Positions 1 through 10,269 of a DNA stretch of 64,000 nt are shown piece by piece. The DNA comes from Candidatus Onthovivens sp. (GTDB lineage Bacteria; Bacillota_I; Bacilli_A; RFN20; CAG-826): NCBI GenBank assembly GCA_048405595.1, contig DBFJOT010000018.1:208-64207 (forward strand). The letters run 5' to 3'. The notes beneath the pieces were generated by a model. It saw nothing but the letters and a program-made list of their open reading frames with translations, was not told the origin of the DNA and searched no databases. Position 1 is the stretch's first letter; every line of letters starts with the position of its first letter. A program made the translations under genes and the position numbers.

Positions 1-1400
1 AAAGACAAACAAAGGAATTTAAACCTCGACGATTTACAATTAGACCTGTCGCAATTATTGCACTTTCTTTTTTATTAGTCATTTTTATAGGTTCTATATT
101 TCTAGTTTTACCTATCGCGCATAACGAAGGAGCTAATGTCACTTATCTTGATGCTTTATTTACATCAACGAGTTGTACTTGTGTTACTGGACTTGTAAGT
201 ATTGAAGAGGGTGCAGGAGCTTCTTTTTCACTATTCGGAAGAATAATTTTAGCGATTCTAATTCAGCTAGGCGGATTAGGAGTTACTACTTTAGCCGTTA
301 TGTTCTTTTTGATTGCAAGTAGAAAGTTGACTTTCAGTGAACAATCATTAATCAAAGAAAACTGGAACTTGAATAGTTTAAGAGGAATCAAAAGTATTTT
401 CTTCCAAGTTTTGTTGGTTTCATTCGGTTTCGAAATCGTCGGAGCGATCTTCGTTTTCTTTGATTTCTACTTCATTCAAAATATGGAAATGGCAGAATCT
501 TGGGGATATGCAATTTTCCATAGTATCAGTGCTTTCAATAACGCAGGCTTTGATTTATTTGGCACCACTTCACTTATCAATTACGAAAGCGATGTTTATT
601 TGAATATCGTTACTTCATTTTTAATTATTGCTGGTGGATTAGGTTTCTTTGTTCACTTAGACATTTTCAAAAGAAGATATCACTTTAAAAAATTTAGTTT
701 ACACACAAAAATCGTTGTCATCTATTCTCTAGCATTAGTTGTTGTAGGAACATTAGCTATTTATTTAATTGAATTAACTAACGAAGTTTCAAATTTATCA
801 TTCATGGGTGCTTATTTTATGAGTGTTTCGACTAGAACAGCTGGTTTTACCCTTTATGATTTAGGCAAATTCAATGATGCAACAATTCTTATTATGTGTA
901 TGTTGATGTTCATCGGTGCTTCTCCAGGTGGTACAGGTGGCGGTATTAAAACTACAACATTTGCTATTTTACTCGCTTACCTTAGGGGTGTTATTACAGG
1001 AAGAAGACCTTGCGCATTCAGAAGAAGCATTAACAAAGATTTAATCAGAAGAGCATTACTCATTATTATTTTAGGATTTATGTTCTTCTTAGTTGGATTT
1101 ACTGTTTTATGTATTGTTGAAGGCAACTACAACTACATATTAAACGGCGAAAAATTAATTGAATATCAACCAGGAGCTCTTAGATATAACGCTGTCGACT
1201 TCGGATTTGAATGTATGTCAGCTTTCGCTACTGTTGGTTTATCAACAGGAATCACACCTTATTTAGAACCAGGTTGTCAAGTTGTCTTAATTCTTTTAAT
1301 GTATGTTGGAAGAATTGGACCATTAACTATATCCACTGCTTTTAAAGGCAAAAACACTATCATGTATCACTTCGCAGAAGAAGACGTTTCAATCGGTTAA
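1..1400 (+). CDS. ktrB: K+ uptake membrane subunit KtrB/TrkH family; 5' partial, the ORF is open from the window edge
   Basis: Frame 3 is open from nt 3 and runs continuously into the track ORF 300..1400. The multi-TM protein carries repeated GLG-type selectivity motifs (LGGLG, GFDLFG, PGGTGGG). The KtrA/TrkA gene follows directly. Confidence 0.85.
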   Translation, partial: RQTKEFKPRRFTIRPVAIIALSFLLVIFIGSIFLVLPIAHNEGANVTYLDALFTSTSCTCVTGLVSIEEGAGASFSLFGRIILAILIQLGGLGVTTLAVMFFLIASRKLTFSEQSLIKENWNLNSLRGIKSIFFQVLLVSFGFEIVGAIFVFFDFYFIQNMEMAESWGYAIFHSISAFNNAGFDLFGTTSLINYESDVYLNIVTSFLIIAGGLGFFVHLDIFKRRYHFKKFSLHTKIVVIYSLALVVVGTLAIYLIELTNEVSNLSFMGAYFMSVSTRTAGFTLYDLGKFNDATILIMCMLMFIGASPGGTGGGIKTTTFAILLAYLRGVITGRRPCAFRRSINKDLIRRALLIIILGFMFFLVGFTVLCIVEGNYNYILNGEKLIEYQPGALRYNAVDFGFECMSAFATVGLSTGITPYLEPGCQVVLILLMYVGRIGPLTISTAFKGKNTIMYHFAEEDVSIG

Positions 1401-1410
1401 AGGAGAGAGT

Positions 1411-2070
1411 ATGAAAAAGAAAAAAGCCACTATTGGTATTATCGGTTTAGGTAAGTTTGGTATGTGCCTTGCTTACGAATTAGTTCAATCAGGTAAAAAA
1501 ATTGTTTGTATCGATAAAGAGGAAAAGAAAGTTAAAAAAGCTTTAGAATTCTGCGACTACGCTTTCGTTAGTGAGGACTTAAGCAAAGATACTCTTGAAG
1601 AAACAGGTTTTAAAGAATGCGAAACAATCGTTGTTTGTATTGGTGAACATATGGATACCGCAATCTTCGCTACTTTAAACGCTTTAACACTTGGAGTTAA
1701 TAAAGTTATTGCTATGTCAAACACAGAAGAACAAGGTTTAGTTTTAGCTAAACTTGGTGCTGAAGTTATTTACCCTTACAAAGATAGTAGTGACAAATTA
1801 GCAAAACGTATTTTATCAAATAATGTCTTAGACTTTATTTCTTTAAATGACGAAGTTGAAATTATTGAAGTTAAAGTTCCAACTCGTTATATTGGTAAAT
1901 CTATTTTAGATACTAACATCAGACAAAATTATGGTCTTAATATTATTGCATTAGAATATGACGATCGTATTGAAACAAGAATCGATCCAAAATACATTTT
2001 CAAAGAAGGAGATGCTATCGTTGTCATCGGTTCAAAGAAAGATTTAAGAAAATTCGAAGCATTAAAATAA
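1411..2070 (+). CDS. ktrA: K+ uptake peripheral NAD-binding subunit KtrA/TrkA
   Basis: 219 aa. The N-terminus has a Rossmann GxGxxG motif (IGIIGLGKFG) and a TrkA-N/TrkA-C-like layout. An AGGAGAG Shine-Dalgarno sits 7 nt upstream. Typical ktrBA pairing. Confidence 0.85.
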   Translation: MKKKKATIGIIGLGKFGMCLAYELVQSGKKIVCIDKEEKKVKKALEFCDYAFVSEDLSKDTLEETGFKECETIVVCIGEHMDTAIFATLNALTLGVNKVIAMSNTEEQGLVLAKLGAEVIYPYKDSSDKLAKRILSNNVLDFISLNDEVEIIEVKVPTRYIGKSILDTNIRQNYGLNIIALEYDDRIETRIDPKYIFKEGDAIVVIGSKKDLRKFEALK

Positions 2071-2076
2071 AAAAAT

Positions 2077-2101
2077 TGGTTCACACGAGGAACCAATTTT
2101 T
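2077..2101. terminator. Bidirectional rho-independent terminator between ktrA (+) and secG (-)
   Basis: AATTGGTTC-acacgag-GAACCAATT hairpin with 9-bp arms, flanked by an A-run upstream and a T-run downstream. Confidence 0.75.
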
Positions 2102-2117
2102 TCTTTAATGCTATTTA

Positions 2118-2426
2118 TTAAAGTATTGTTGACAAATAATTAATTAATAAAGCAATTGTTGTTGTAGCACCTTCTTCTGTACTTGTATCAGCAGGAGCTT
2201 CTGTTAAAGAAGTTGATAATAACGCTAAGAATAAGAAGACAATACCAAATCCTAAAGTTAAGTAAGAAACGATTAATTCACTTCCTCTTTCTTTAGTTTT
2301 GACGAAAACATTTAAACCTCCACCAGTAATAGCACCTGAAGCACCTTCAGATTTACCACCTTGTAAAAGGCCTAAGACAATTATAATAAATGCAACAACC
2401 CAGAATACATAATCATACCATTGCAT
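2118..2426 (-). CDS. secG: Preprotein translocase subunit SecG with a ~30-aa Thr/Glu-rich C-terminal tail
   Basis: Small 2-TM protein with the SecG signature pattern LLQGGKSEGASGAITGGG...KTKERG. The track start at 2441 is a TTG. The ATG at 2426 (MQWYD...) is preceded by GGAGGA. Confidence 0.65.
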   Translation of the reverse strand: MQWYDYVFWVVAFIIIVLGLLQGGKSEGASGAITGGGLNVFVKTKERGSELIVSYLTLGFGIVFLFLALLSTSLTEAPADTSTEEGATTTIALLINYLSTIL

Positions 2427-2584
2427 ATTTTTATCCTCCAAAATCTAAAATAATAACGTAAACGCTCACATCATTTTACATTTAAATGTAAAAATTTTCT
2501 ATATGTATTTTCACATTTTAGTAAGCGCATCTTCTTTGATGCCTTATTTTCAGTATTTTTAATTCAAGTAGCAAATAAAATAAG

Positions 2585-4552
2585 CTAATTTCTTTCTGCT
2601 TTTAGTTCAAAAAGAATATCTCTAAGTTCAATCGCTCTTTCAAAATCAAATTCCTTAGCAGCTTTATTCATCTCTTTTTCAACCTCTTTAATTTTCTTTT
2701 CGAGTTCTTTCTTTGTCATCTTTACATTAGCTTTTGGCAATGTAATATTATTTTCCTTTTCAGCAATGTGAATAGGAGGTTGAATAGCTTTAATGATAGT
2801 TTGAGGAATAATTCCACTTTCATTATTATAAGCTTCTTGAATTTGTCGACGTCTTTCGGTTTCGTCGATACATTCTTTCATAGATTTAGTAATTGAATCG
2901 GCATACATTATCGCTTTTCCATGTTCGTTTCTAGCAGCACGACCAACAACTTGGATTAAACTACGTGTACTTCTTAAGAATCCTTCTTTGTCAGCATCTA
3001 AAATTGCGATAAGACTGACTTCTGGGATATCTAAACCTTCCCTTAAAAGGTTAATGCCAACTAAGACATCATATTTCCCTTTACGAAGTTGATAAATAAT
3101 TTCAGTTCTTTCTAAAGTTTTACATTCACTATGCATGTAAACAGTTTTTATATCATGCTCTTTAAGGAAAGTCGTTAAATCTTCAGCCATCTTGATTGTT
3201 AAAGTAACAACCATAACACGTTCACCTTTTTCGGTACGTGTTTTTATTTCATGCATCAAATCATCAATTTGACCTAATGTTGGTCTAACTTCGATAACTG
3301 GATCTAATAAACCGGTTGGTCTAATAATTTGTTCAACAAATTTTCCATTCGTCTTTTCAAGTTCATAATCACCAGGAGTTGCGCTCGTGCAAATAACTTG
3401 ATTAATTTCACCTTCGAATTCTTCAAAATTTAAAGGTCTATTATCTAAAGCACTTGGAAGTCGGAAACCATACTCAACTAGAGTTATTTTTCTAGAGCGA
3501 TCTCCGTTATACATACCTCTGACTTGAGGAAATGTAACGTGACTTTCATCAACAATTAAAAGATAATCTTTAGGAAAATAATCCATTAAACAGAATGGCC
3601 TTTGTCCTGGAGCACGTCCATCAATATGTCTTGAGTAGTTTTCAATACCTGGACAAAAACCAAATTCTCTCATTGAGGCAACATCTTGTTTTGTCCTCAT
3701 TTCGATTCTTTCTTTTTCTAAAGGTTTCTTTTCTTCTTCGAAATAATCCATTCTTGTAATTAACTCTTTTTCGATTTCATCACAAGCTTTTAAAATTACA
3801 TCATGACTAGAAGCGTGGTCATAAGCAGGAAATAGGTCGTAATACTTGAACTTTTCCATAACTTCACCGGTCAAATAGTTACATTTTGCAATGTTTTCAA
3901 CATCTTCATCAAAACAATCTATTCTTATATACCAGTTTTCACTATTGCTAGGCATAATATCAATTACATCTCCATGAACTCTAAAACGTCCAGGAGCAAG
4001 GTCAATATCATTACGTTTATATTGGGCTTCAAGTAGTCTTCTAAAAAAATCTTTTCTATTAATTTGTTCTCCAACACGAACTTCAAAAATTAATTTTTTA
4101 TATTCATCAGGATCAGTAAGACCATAAATTGAAGCAACACTAGCAACAACGATTGTATCTCTTCTTGAAACGATAGAGTTAATTGCACTAACTCTCATCA
4201 TTTCAATTTCTTCATTCATCAAAGCACTTTTGTCAATATAAGTATCACTTGAAGGAAGATAAGCTTCAGGCTGATAAAAATCAAAGTTAGAAATAAAATA
4301 CTCAACTCTATTTTCAGGAAATAATTCTTTCATTTCGCTATAAAGTTGACCAGCTAAAGTTTTATTGTGAACCAATATTAAAGTCGGTTTATCAACTTCT
4401 TTAATGACATTAGCCATTGTAAAAGTTTTACCAGTTCCAGTCGCACCTAAAAGAACCTGATACTTCTCGCCGTTTTTTATACCAGCGACAAGTTCTTTGA
4501 TTGCCTCAGGTTGATCTCCGTTAGGTTTAAAATTAGAAACTAGTTTAAACAT
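2585..4552 (-). CDS. uvrB: Excinuclease ABC subunit B
   Basis: 655 aa with Walker A GATGTGKT, helicase motifs and a C-terminal UvrB/UvrC-interaction coiled coil. Strong family match by eye. Confidence 0.95.
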   Translation of the reverse strand: MFKLVSNFKPNGDQPEAIKELVAGIKNGEKYQVLLGATGTGKTFTMANVIKEVDKPTLILVHNKTLAGQLYSEMKELFPENRVEYFISNFDFYQPEAYLPSSDTYIDKSALMNEEIEMMRVSAINSIVSRRDTIVVASVASIYGLTDPDEYKKLIFEVRVGEQINRKDFFRRLLEAQYKRNDIDLAPGRFRVHGDVIDIMPSNSENWYIRIDCFDEDVENIAKCNYLTGEVMEKFKYYDLFPAYDHASSHDVILKACDEIEKELITRMDYFEEEKKPLEKERIEMRTKQDVASMREFGFCPGIENYSRHIDGRAPGQRPFCLMDYFPKDYLLIVDESHVTFPQVRGMYNGDRSRKITLVEYGFRLPSALDNRPLNFEEFEGEINQVICTSATPGDYELEKTNGKFVEQIIRPTGLLDPVIEVRPTLGQIDDLMHEIKTRTEKGERVMVVTLTIKMAEDLTTFLKEHDIKTVYMHSECKTLERTEIIYQLRKGKYDVLVGINLLREGLDIPEVSLIAILDADKEGFLRSTRSLIQVVGRAARNEHGKAIMYADSITKSMKECIDETERRRQIQEAYNNESGIIPQTIIKAIQPPIHIAEKENNITLPKANVKMTKKELEKKIKEVEKEMNKAAKEFDFERAIELRDILFELKAERN

Positions 4553-5639
4553 TTTTATTTTCTGTTGTATCTATAGTTAGAACTTTTTCTTCGTTCTTAT
4601 TTTTTAATTCATTAATCTTTTTAATATATTTAAATGATTCAAATTCGCTTGTTTTAATTTTATCAAAACCTTCACCACCAACAAATAAAGTTTGGTTAAA
4701 CATACAGAAAGCATTTTTATCAATTTTAGCGATTCCGTTTTTAATTTTTGTATATTCTCTTCTAGAAAAACATACTCTAATCATAATACGTTTTTCTTTT
4801 GTATAACCACCAGTTACTTCAAATATTGTAGCACTTCTATCTAAGTCATGGAGGATAAAATCAAGCATTTCATCGGACTTATTTGAAATAATATCTACCA
4901 TGTAAGCACTTGTATTACCTGAATAAATTAATTCAATAAGCATTGAAGTAATAAATGCTGCTACGATACCAATGATACCTGTGATTAAATGAGAATTGTC
5001 GCCGCTAACAACATTTACAATAATGCCAATTATAACAATCAATCCATCAAAACAAAAAAACGGAATTGATTCTTTTATACCTGTGAATTTAGAAACAATG
5101 AAAGTTAAAATGTCTAATCCGCCAGTTGAACCTCCTGCATGGAATGTTAAAGAACATCCTACACCAGTAAACGTTCCGCCTAAAATGCCAATAAGTAACA
5201 ATAAGCCAATATCAATATTTAATGCATCTAAATTAGTAATAACGCCATTTGTTATTTCAATTGGAACATCACCAGGAATTAATGCTTCTAAAAATGGTTC
5301 TAAGACACCTGTTCTCATGATAAGTGAAAGGAAAACAGGATAAAAAATCGTAGATATTAAAGAAGATACAGTGAACTTAAATCCTAAAACGATGAATCCA
5401 ATTACAAATAATCCCCAGCTTAAAATAAAGCTCATAATATCAGGAGCAATAAAATCAGATGTGAGAATAGTAATACCGGTGATTCCGCCACTTATAATTT
5501 GAAAAGGAATAAGCAAAAATCCACTTCCTAAACTAAGAACAAAAGTTCCTGCGAGTAATAAAAAGAGATTTCTTATATTTTTAAATAAGTTTTCCTTTGC
5601 AAAGAACGTTTTAATTGAATCAACGATACTATTCCGCAT
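4545..5639 (-). CDS. YitT-family membrane protein (DUF161 membrane region plus DUF2179 C-terminal domain)
   Basis: 364 aa. The N-terminal polytopic membrane region has GGxTG repeats typical of YitT/YqfU proteins, and there is a soluble C-terminal domain. Confidence 0.55.
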   Translation of the reverse strand: MRNSIVDSIKTFFAKENLFKNIRNLFLLLAGTFVLSLGSGFLLIPFQIISGGITGITILTSDFIAPDIMSFILSWGLFVIGFIVLGFKFTVSSLISTIFYPVFLSLIMRTGVLEPFLEALIPGDVPIEITNGVITNLDALNIDIGLLLLIGILGGTFTGVGCSLTFHAGGSTGGLDILTFIVSKFTGIKESIPFFCFDGLIVIIGIIVNVVSGDNSHLITGIIGIVAAFITSMLIELIYSGNTSAYMVDIISNKSDEMLDFILHDLDRSATIFEVTGGYTKEKRIMIRVCFSRREYTKIKNGIAKIDKNAFCMFNQTLFVGGEGFDKIKTSEFESFKYIKKINELKNKNEEKVLTIDTTENKNV

Positions 5640-6742
5640 TATTTTTTGCCTCCATTTCCAAGTAAGAATAAATAAATTTATCTAAATCACCATCCATAAC
5701 TTTGTCGATTTGTGTATCTTCATAATTTGTACGGTTATCTTTAACTAATGTATATGGGCAAAAAACGTAACTTCGAATTTGCGAACCCCATTCGATATTT
5801 TTTTGTTCGCCAACGATTCCTTTTAATTTAGCTTTTCTTTCAGCTTCTTGTCTTTGGAACAATTGACTCTTAAGCATGTTCATTGCTAATTCTTTATTTT
5901 TTAATTGTGTACGTTCGATTTGACAAGAGACTACTATTCCAGTAGGAAGGTGAGTAATTCTAACAGCTGTTTCAACTTTATTAACGTTTTGTCCGCCAGC
6001 TCCTCCGCTTCTATAAGTATCAACTTTCAAATCACTTGGATTGATATCAATTTTAATAGTGTCGTCGAATTGGGGGACAACATTTATGCTAGCAAAGCTT
6101 GTATGTCTTCTAGCATTGCTATCGAAAGGAGAAATACGAACTAATCTATGAACACCTTTTTCACCCTTAAGCATTCCATAAGCATTTTTTCCTTCAATAA
6201 GTAAAGTTACACTTTTAACTCCAGCTTCATCTCCAGGCAAATAATCTAATACTTTAAATTTGAAATTATGCTTTTCGCTAAAACGTTGATACATTCTTAA
6301 AAGCATATCTGCCCAATCACAAGCTTCAGTTCCTCCTGCACCTGGATGAATTTCTAAAGTCGCAGGTAGTGAATCATATTCTCCGCTGAATAAAACAAGT
6401 TTCTTAAGTTCTTTAATTTCTTTATTTGCAGCATTAAAAGATTCAATAGCGAGCTCGCCCATTTCATCATCATTAACATCTAATGTTTGAACAAGCTCAT
6501 CTATATCACTTATTTCTTTGCTTAATTTTGTAAACAATTCAACTTTATTAATTAAATCGTTCTTTTTATCGATAATTTTACTAGCTTCTCTTTGATTACT
6601 CCAAAAATCATCCTTGAGAGCCATATTTTCATATTCTTCAATTTTAGATTTTAATTTAGGTACGTCAAAGAGAATCACCGAGCTGAGAAATTTCTTCCTT
6701 AGCCTCATTTAATCCTAACTTTAAAACATATAAATCAATCAT
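5629..6742 (-). CDS. prfB: Peptide chain release factor 2, requiring a programmed +1 ribosomal frameshift at CTT TGA C (~6664-6670)
   Basis: An upstream frame encodes [25 protein letters not shown] and then hits TGA. The +1 frame continues DVPKLKSK... through the SPF, GGQ and RF2 body. The track ORF 5629..6708 is the +1 frame only. Confidence 0.9.
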
Positions 6743-6763
6743 CTCATTAAACCTTCTATGAAA

Positions 6764-9352
6764 CTAATTTGTGTGAACGTCATCAAATTCGTGATCTTCA
6801 GCAGCTTTAGCATTTTTGTCAATGTGTGTGATATTTAAATCTGTTGAAGATGGCTTATTTACGACTTTGAGATCTTTTTCTTCTTTATTTTCTTCTTTTA
6901 CTGGAGTTGTATTTGATTGAGCGTTAATTGTGAATGCATCTTTTGGTTTATCATCAACTTTCTTTTCTACTTTAACGTTCATTAAGTTTAAAACAACTTC
7001 AAGCGAAATTGTTTCGAGCATTTCTCTAAACATAGCCCAACCTTCATTAACATAGTCTTGAAGTGGGTTAATTTGACCATAACTTCTTAAAGAGACTGAT
7101 TCTCTAAATCTTGTCATGTTATCAATTTGTTGTGTCCAGTTTCTATCGATACATTTTAATGTAACTTGTCTTTCGATTCTATCAGCTAATTCTTTATCCC
7201 ATTCTTTTTTCTTTGCTAAATATGATTCAAGTAAGACTTCTCCTAAGTCTTCACCACCTTCTTCAGGATTTGCTTCATCATATAAGCTTGGCTTAATAAC
7301 ACCATCTGGTAAGAAACGTGGAACGATGATAGAAACTAAATTTTCACCGTTAACAACTTTATTTTGCGCATTTTCAGGAATTGATCTCTTACAAAGAGCG
7401 ATACCACAATCCTTAAATGTTTCAAATAATAATTCGTTGATGTCTTTTGCGTAAAGAATTTGGTCACGTTTTGAATACATGATTTGTCTTTGTTTACTTA
7501 AAACATCATCATAATCAAGTAAGTTTTTACGAACATCGAAGTTTTGTCCTTCAATACGTTTTTGAGCGCCGGTAATAGCGTTTGTTAACATTCTACTTTC
7601 GATAGCTTCTTCACCATAACCAGCGAACATTTTTCTTAAGTTGTCATTAGCAAATCTAATCATTAATTCGTCATCTAATGAAACATAGAATCTTGAAAAT
7701 CCTGGGTCACCTTGACGTCCTGAACGTCCTCTTAATTGGTTATCAATACGTCTTGATTCGTGTCTTTCTAAGCCAAAAACACAAAGTCCACCAAGTTCTC
7801 TTGTTTCTTTTGTTAACTTAATATCAGTACCACGACCAGCCATGTTTGTAGCTAAAGTGATTCTTCCTCTTTCACCAGCATGAGAAATGATTTCAGCTTC
7901 TTTAGAGTGGTTTTTAGCATTTAACATTTCAAATTCAAGGCCAGCATTTGCTAAATATCTTGCAACTTCTTCACTAGCTTCAACTGAAGGAGTACCAATA
8001 AGGATTGGTTGTCCTTTTTCATGTCTTTCTTGGACTTCTTTAACTAAAGCTTTAATTTTGAAATCTTTATTTGCGAAGACATAGTCAGTAGCGTCTTGTC
8101 TAAGAACAGGTCTATTTGTAGGAACACAAACAACCTTCATGTTGTAAATCTTTCTAAATTCCTCTTCCTCAGTTTTAGCAGTACCGGTCATACCACCAAT
8201 TCTTTTAAATAATCTGAAGAAGTTTTGATATGTGATAGTGGCTAAAGTAACTGTTTCTTCTTTAATTTTGACGCCTTCTTTAGCTTGAATAGCTTGTTGT
8301 AAGCCATCACTATATTCTCTACCTTTTAAAACACGTCCTGTGAACTGGTCGATAAGTTGAATTTCATTATCTTGGTCAACTAAATATTCAACATCTCTAC
8401 CCATAATGTAGTTAGCTTTTAAAGCTTGGTGAATTCTATGGACTAAATCTTGATATTGAGGAGCATAAAGATTTTCAATACCAAACATTCTTTCTGCCTT
8501 ATCGACACCAGCATCTGTTAAGTTTACAGATTTTGTTTTTGGATCAACTTCGTAGTCACCATCTGGTACATAATCAGGATGTTTTTTCTTGTATTCTTCG
8601 TCAACTTGAGTGCTTGCTCTAAGCATTTTTACAAATCTATCAGCTACTGTGTATTGTGAAGCACTTGCTTTAGCACCACCTGAAATAATAAGTGGAGTTC
8701 TTGATTCGTCGATTAAAACACTATCAGCTTCGTCAACGATACAATAATTTAATGGACGTAAAACTCTTTGTCCAACTGTTGGAGACATATTATCTCTTAA
8801 GTAGTCGAAACCAAGTTCACTGTTGATAGTATATGTAATATCACAAGCGTGAGCTGCTTTCTTTTCTGTCGTTGTTAAACTATGTAAGTTAACACCAACT
8901 GTTAATCCTAACCAACGGAAAACTTGTCCCATTTCATTAGCGTCTCTTTGAGCAAGATATTCGTTAACAGTAACGATATGGACACCTTTACCTGTTAAAC
9001 CGTGTAAATATGCTGGCATAGTTTCAGTAAGAGTTTTACCTTCACCAGTTCTCATTTCAGCTACATCGCCATCAGTTAAAACTAATCCACCAATAACTTG
9101 AACGTCGAAAGGATACATTCCTAAAACACGTTTATCAGCTTCTCTAACAGTTGCGAAAGCTTCATATCTAATGTCGTTTAATGTTTCGCCTTTTTTAAGT
9201 CTTTCTCTAAATTCTTTTGTTTTAGCTCTTAACTCTTCATCTGTAAGCTTGCTCATAGCTTCAGCATATTTATTAACAGCCTTAACTTCCTTTTTGTACT
9301 TTTTGAGTATTCTTTCATCTACTCTGAATATTTTTTCAATTAAATTTGACAT
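6764..9352 (-). CDS. secA: Preprotein translocase ATPase SecA
   Basis: 862 aa with the DEAD-like motor motifs (GEGKT, DEADS), preprotein cross-linking domain and helical scaffold. The C-terminal K/E-rich tail lacks the zinc-finger Cys cluster. Confidence 0.95.
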   Translation of the reverse strand: MSNLIEKIFRVDERILKKYKKEVKAVNKYAEAMSKLTDEELRAKTKEFRERLKKGETLNDIRYEAFATVREADKRVLGMYPFDVQVIGGLVLTDGDVAEMRTGEGKTLTETMPAYLHGLTGKGVHIVTVNEYLAQRDANEMGQVFRWLGLTVGVNLHSLTTTEKKAAHACDITYTINSELGFDYLRDNMSPTVGQRVLRPLNYCIVDEADSVLIDESRTPLIISGGAKASASQYTVADRFVKMLRASTQVDEEYKKKHPDYVPDGDYEVDPKTKSVNLTDAGVDKAERMFGIENLYAPQYQDLVHRIHQALKANYIMGRDVEYLVDQDNEIQLIDQFTGRVLKGREYSDGLQQAIQAKEGVKIKEETVTLATITYQNFFRLFKRIGGMTGTAKTEEEEFRKIYNMKVVCVPTNRPVLRQDATDYVFANKDFKIKALVKEVQERHEKGQPILIGTPSVEASEEVARYLANAGLEFEMLNAKNHSKEAEIISHAGERGRITLATNMAGRGTDIKLTKETRELGGLCVFGLERHESRRIDNQLRGRSGRQGDPGFSRFYVSLDDELMIRFANDNLRKMFAGYGEEAIESRMLTNAITGAQKRIEGQNFDVRKNLLDYDDVLSKQRQIMYSKRDQILYAKDINELLFETFKDCGIALCKRSIPENAQNKVVNGENLVSIIVPRFLPDGVIKPSLYDEANPEEGGEDLGEVLLESYLAKKKEWDKELADRIERQVTLKCIDRNWTQQIDNMTRFRESVSLRSYGQINPLQDYVNEGWAMFREMLETISLEVVLNLMNVKVEKKVDDKPKDAFTINAQSNTTPVKEENKEEKDLKVVNKPSSTDLNITHIDKNAKAAEDHEFDDVHTN

Positions 9353-9531
9353 ATAATCACCTACACAAAATCTTTAAAATTATACCATTATATATAATGG
9401 TAATAAAGTTCAAAAATTTCTATAAATTTATTAATAACTTTTCAAGTCTTATTTATTGAACCAAAATTTCAAATTCGACAATAAAACAATTTTATATTTT
9501 GCAAAAATAGCCCTTTCAATCGCATAAATTT

Positions 9532-10269
9532 TTACTTTAAAACAGGCAAACCATCTCCAATAATTTTTAATTCCTCTTCTGTAAAATCTCTTTTTGCAAC
9601 AACTAAAATTTTTATTCGTTTAGGATTATATTTTTGAATAAGTTTAATAGCTGCTCTAATACTAGAACCAGTTGTACAAATATCATCAACAATCAAAATA
9701 TTTTTACCTTTTAGCCTTCCTCCATTTTTGATGTCGATAACTTTATCAACATTGATTCTATCCTTAAAGTGACCATCACTTTGCTTATGTTCTTTTTTCT
9801 TAAAAAGCACATTTTCAAATGGCAATTTTAAGTCTTTAAAGATTTCTATTACGTGATTAAATCCTCTTTCTTCATCACTTTTCCTTGATGAAGGTAAAGG
9901 TACTAAACAATATTTAAAATATCTTAACTTTAGTTCAATCCTAAATAATTCAAGAAAGACATTTCTTAACTCATAATCCTTACAACCTTTAAACTGGAAA
10001 ATAAGTTTTTTAATAATGTCATCATATCTGTATAAAGCTAATGCATCATATCCATCAATTTTAAAGTGTTTAAAATATGGCATCATTTTATTTAAACACG
10101 TACTACATAATGGAGGATCAACAACGAAATAATGGAAACATTTTGGATTAAATTCTTTAAAACAAATCTTACAAATGTGAGTTTGAGAATTCGATTTCTT
10201 TGATAGACTTTTTAATTGCTTCAGTTTCTTTTGTAGTGATGTAAATAACTTCTCCTTCTGTTGCTCCAA
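9532..10269 (-). CDS. comFC: ComF-family phosphoribosyltransferase (ComFC-like)
   Basis: N-terminal 4-Cys zinc ribbon (CKIC...CSTC) and C-terminal PRTase motif ILIVDDICTTGSS. Its 5' end overlaps the comFA 3' end by ~100 nt. Confidence 0.8.
   Translation of the reverse strand: MEQQKEKLFTSLQKKLKQLKSLSKKSNSQTHICKICFKEFNPKCFHYFVVDPPLCSTCLNKMMPYFKHFKIDGYDALALYRYDDIIKKLIFQFKGCKDYELRNVFLELFRIELKLRYFKYCLVPLPSSRKSDEERGFNHVIEIFKDLKLPFENVLFKKKEHKQSDGHFKDRINVDKVIDIKNGGRLKGKNILIVDDICTTGSSIRAAIKLIQKYNPKRIKILVVAKRDFTEEELKIIGDGLPVLK

Noticed and set aside
4996-5343. 115-aa ORF antisense to the YitT-family gene. The same holds for 5905..6144, 7116..7454, 7887..8084, 9171..9356, 12540..12725, 13910..14401, 14792..15063, 15751..16017, 16377..16625, 18134..18316, 18719..18946, 21255..21620, 22059..22256, 25038..25430, 30730..30933, 32338..32619, 34296..34685, 41652..41888, 42349..42597, 42735..42917, 43364..43558, 45580..45909, 47456..47809, 48245..48555, 51021..51224, 51853..52044, 52515..52867, 53513..53722, 54418..54690, 57262..57696, 58122..58328, 61724..62047, 62630..62812
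   Set aside because: All are embedded in, or antisense to, long well-supported genes. They have low-complexity or hydrophobic junk translations and lack an RBS. They are typical AT-rich-genome shadow ORFs.
5629-6708. N-terminus [14 protein letters not shown] of the track's prfB ORF
   Set aside because: It is read from the +1 frame upstream of the programmed frameshift site. The genuine N-terminus is in the other frame (start ~6742).
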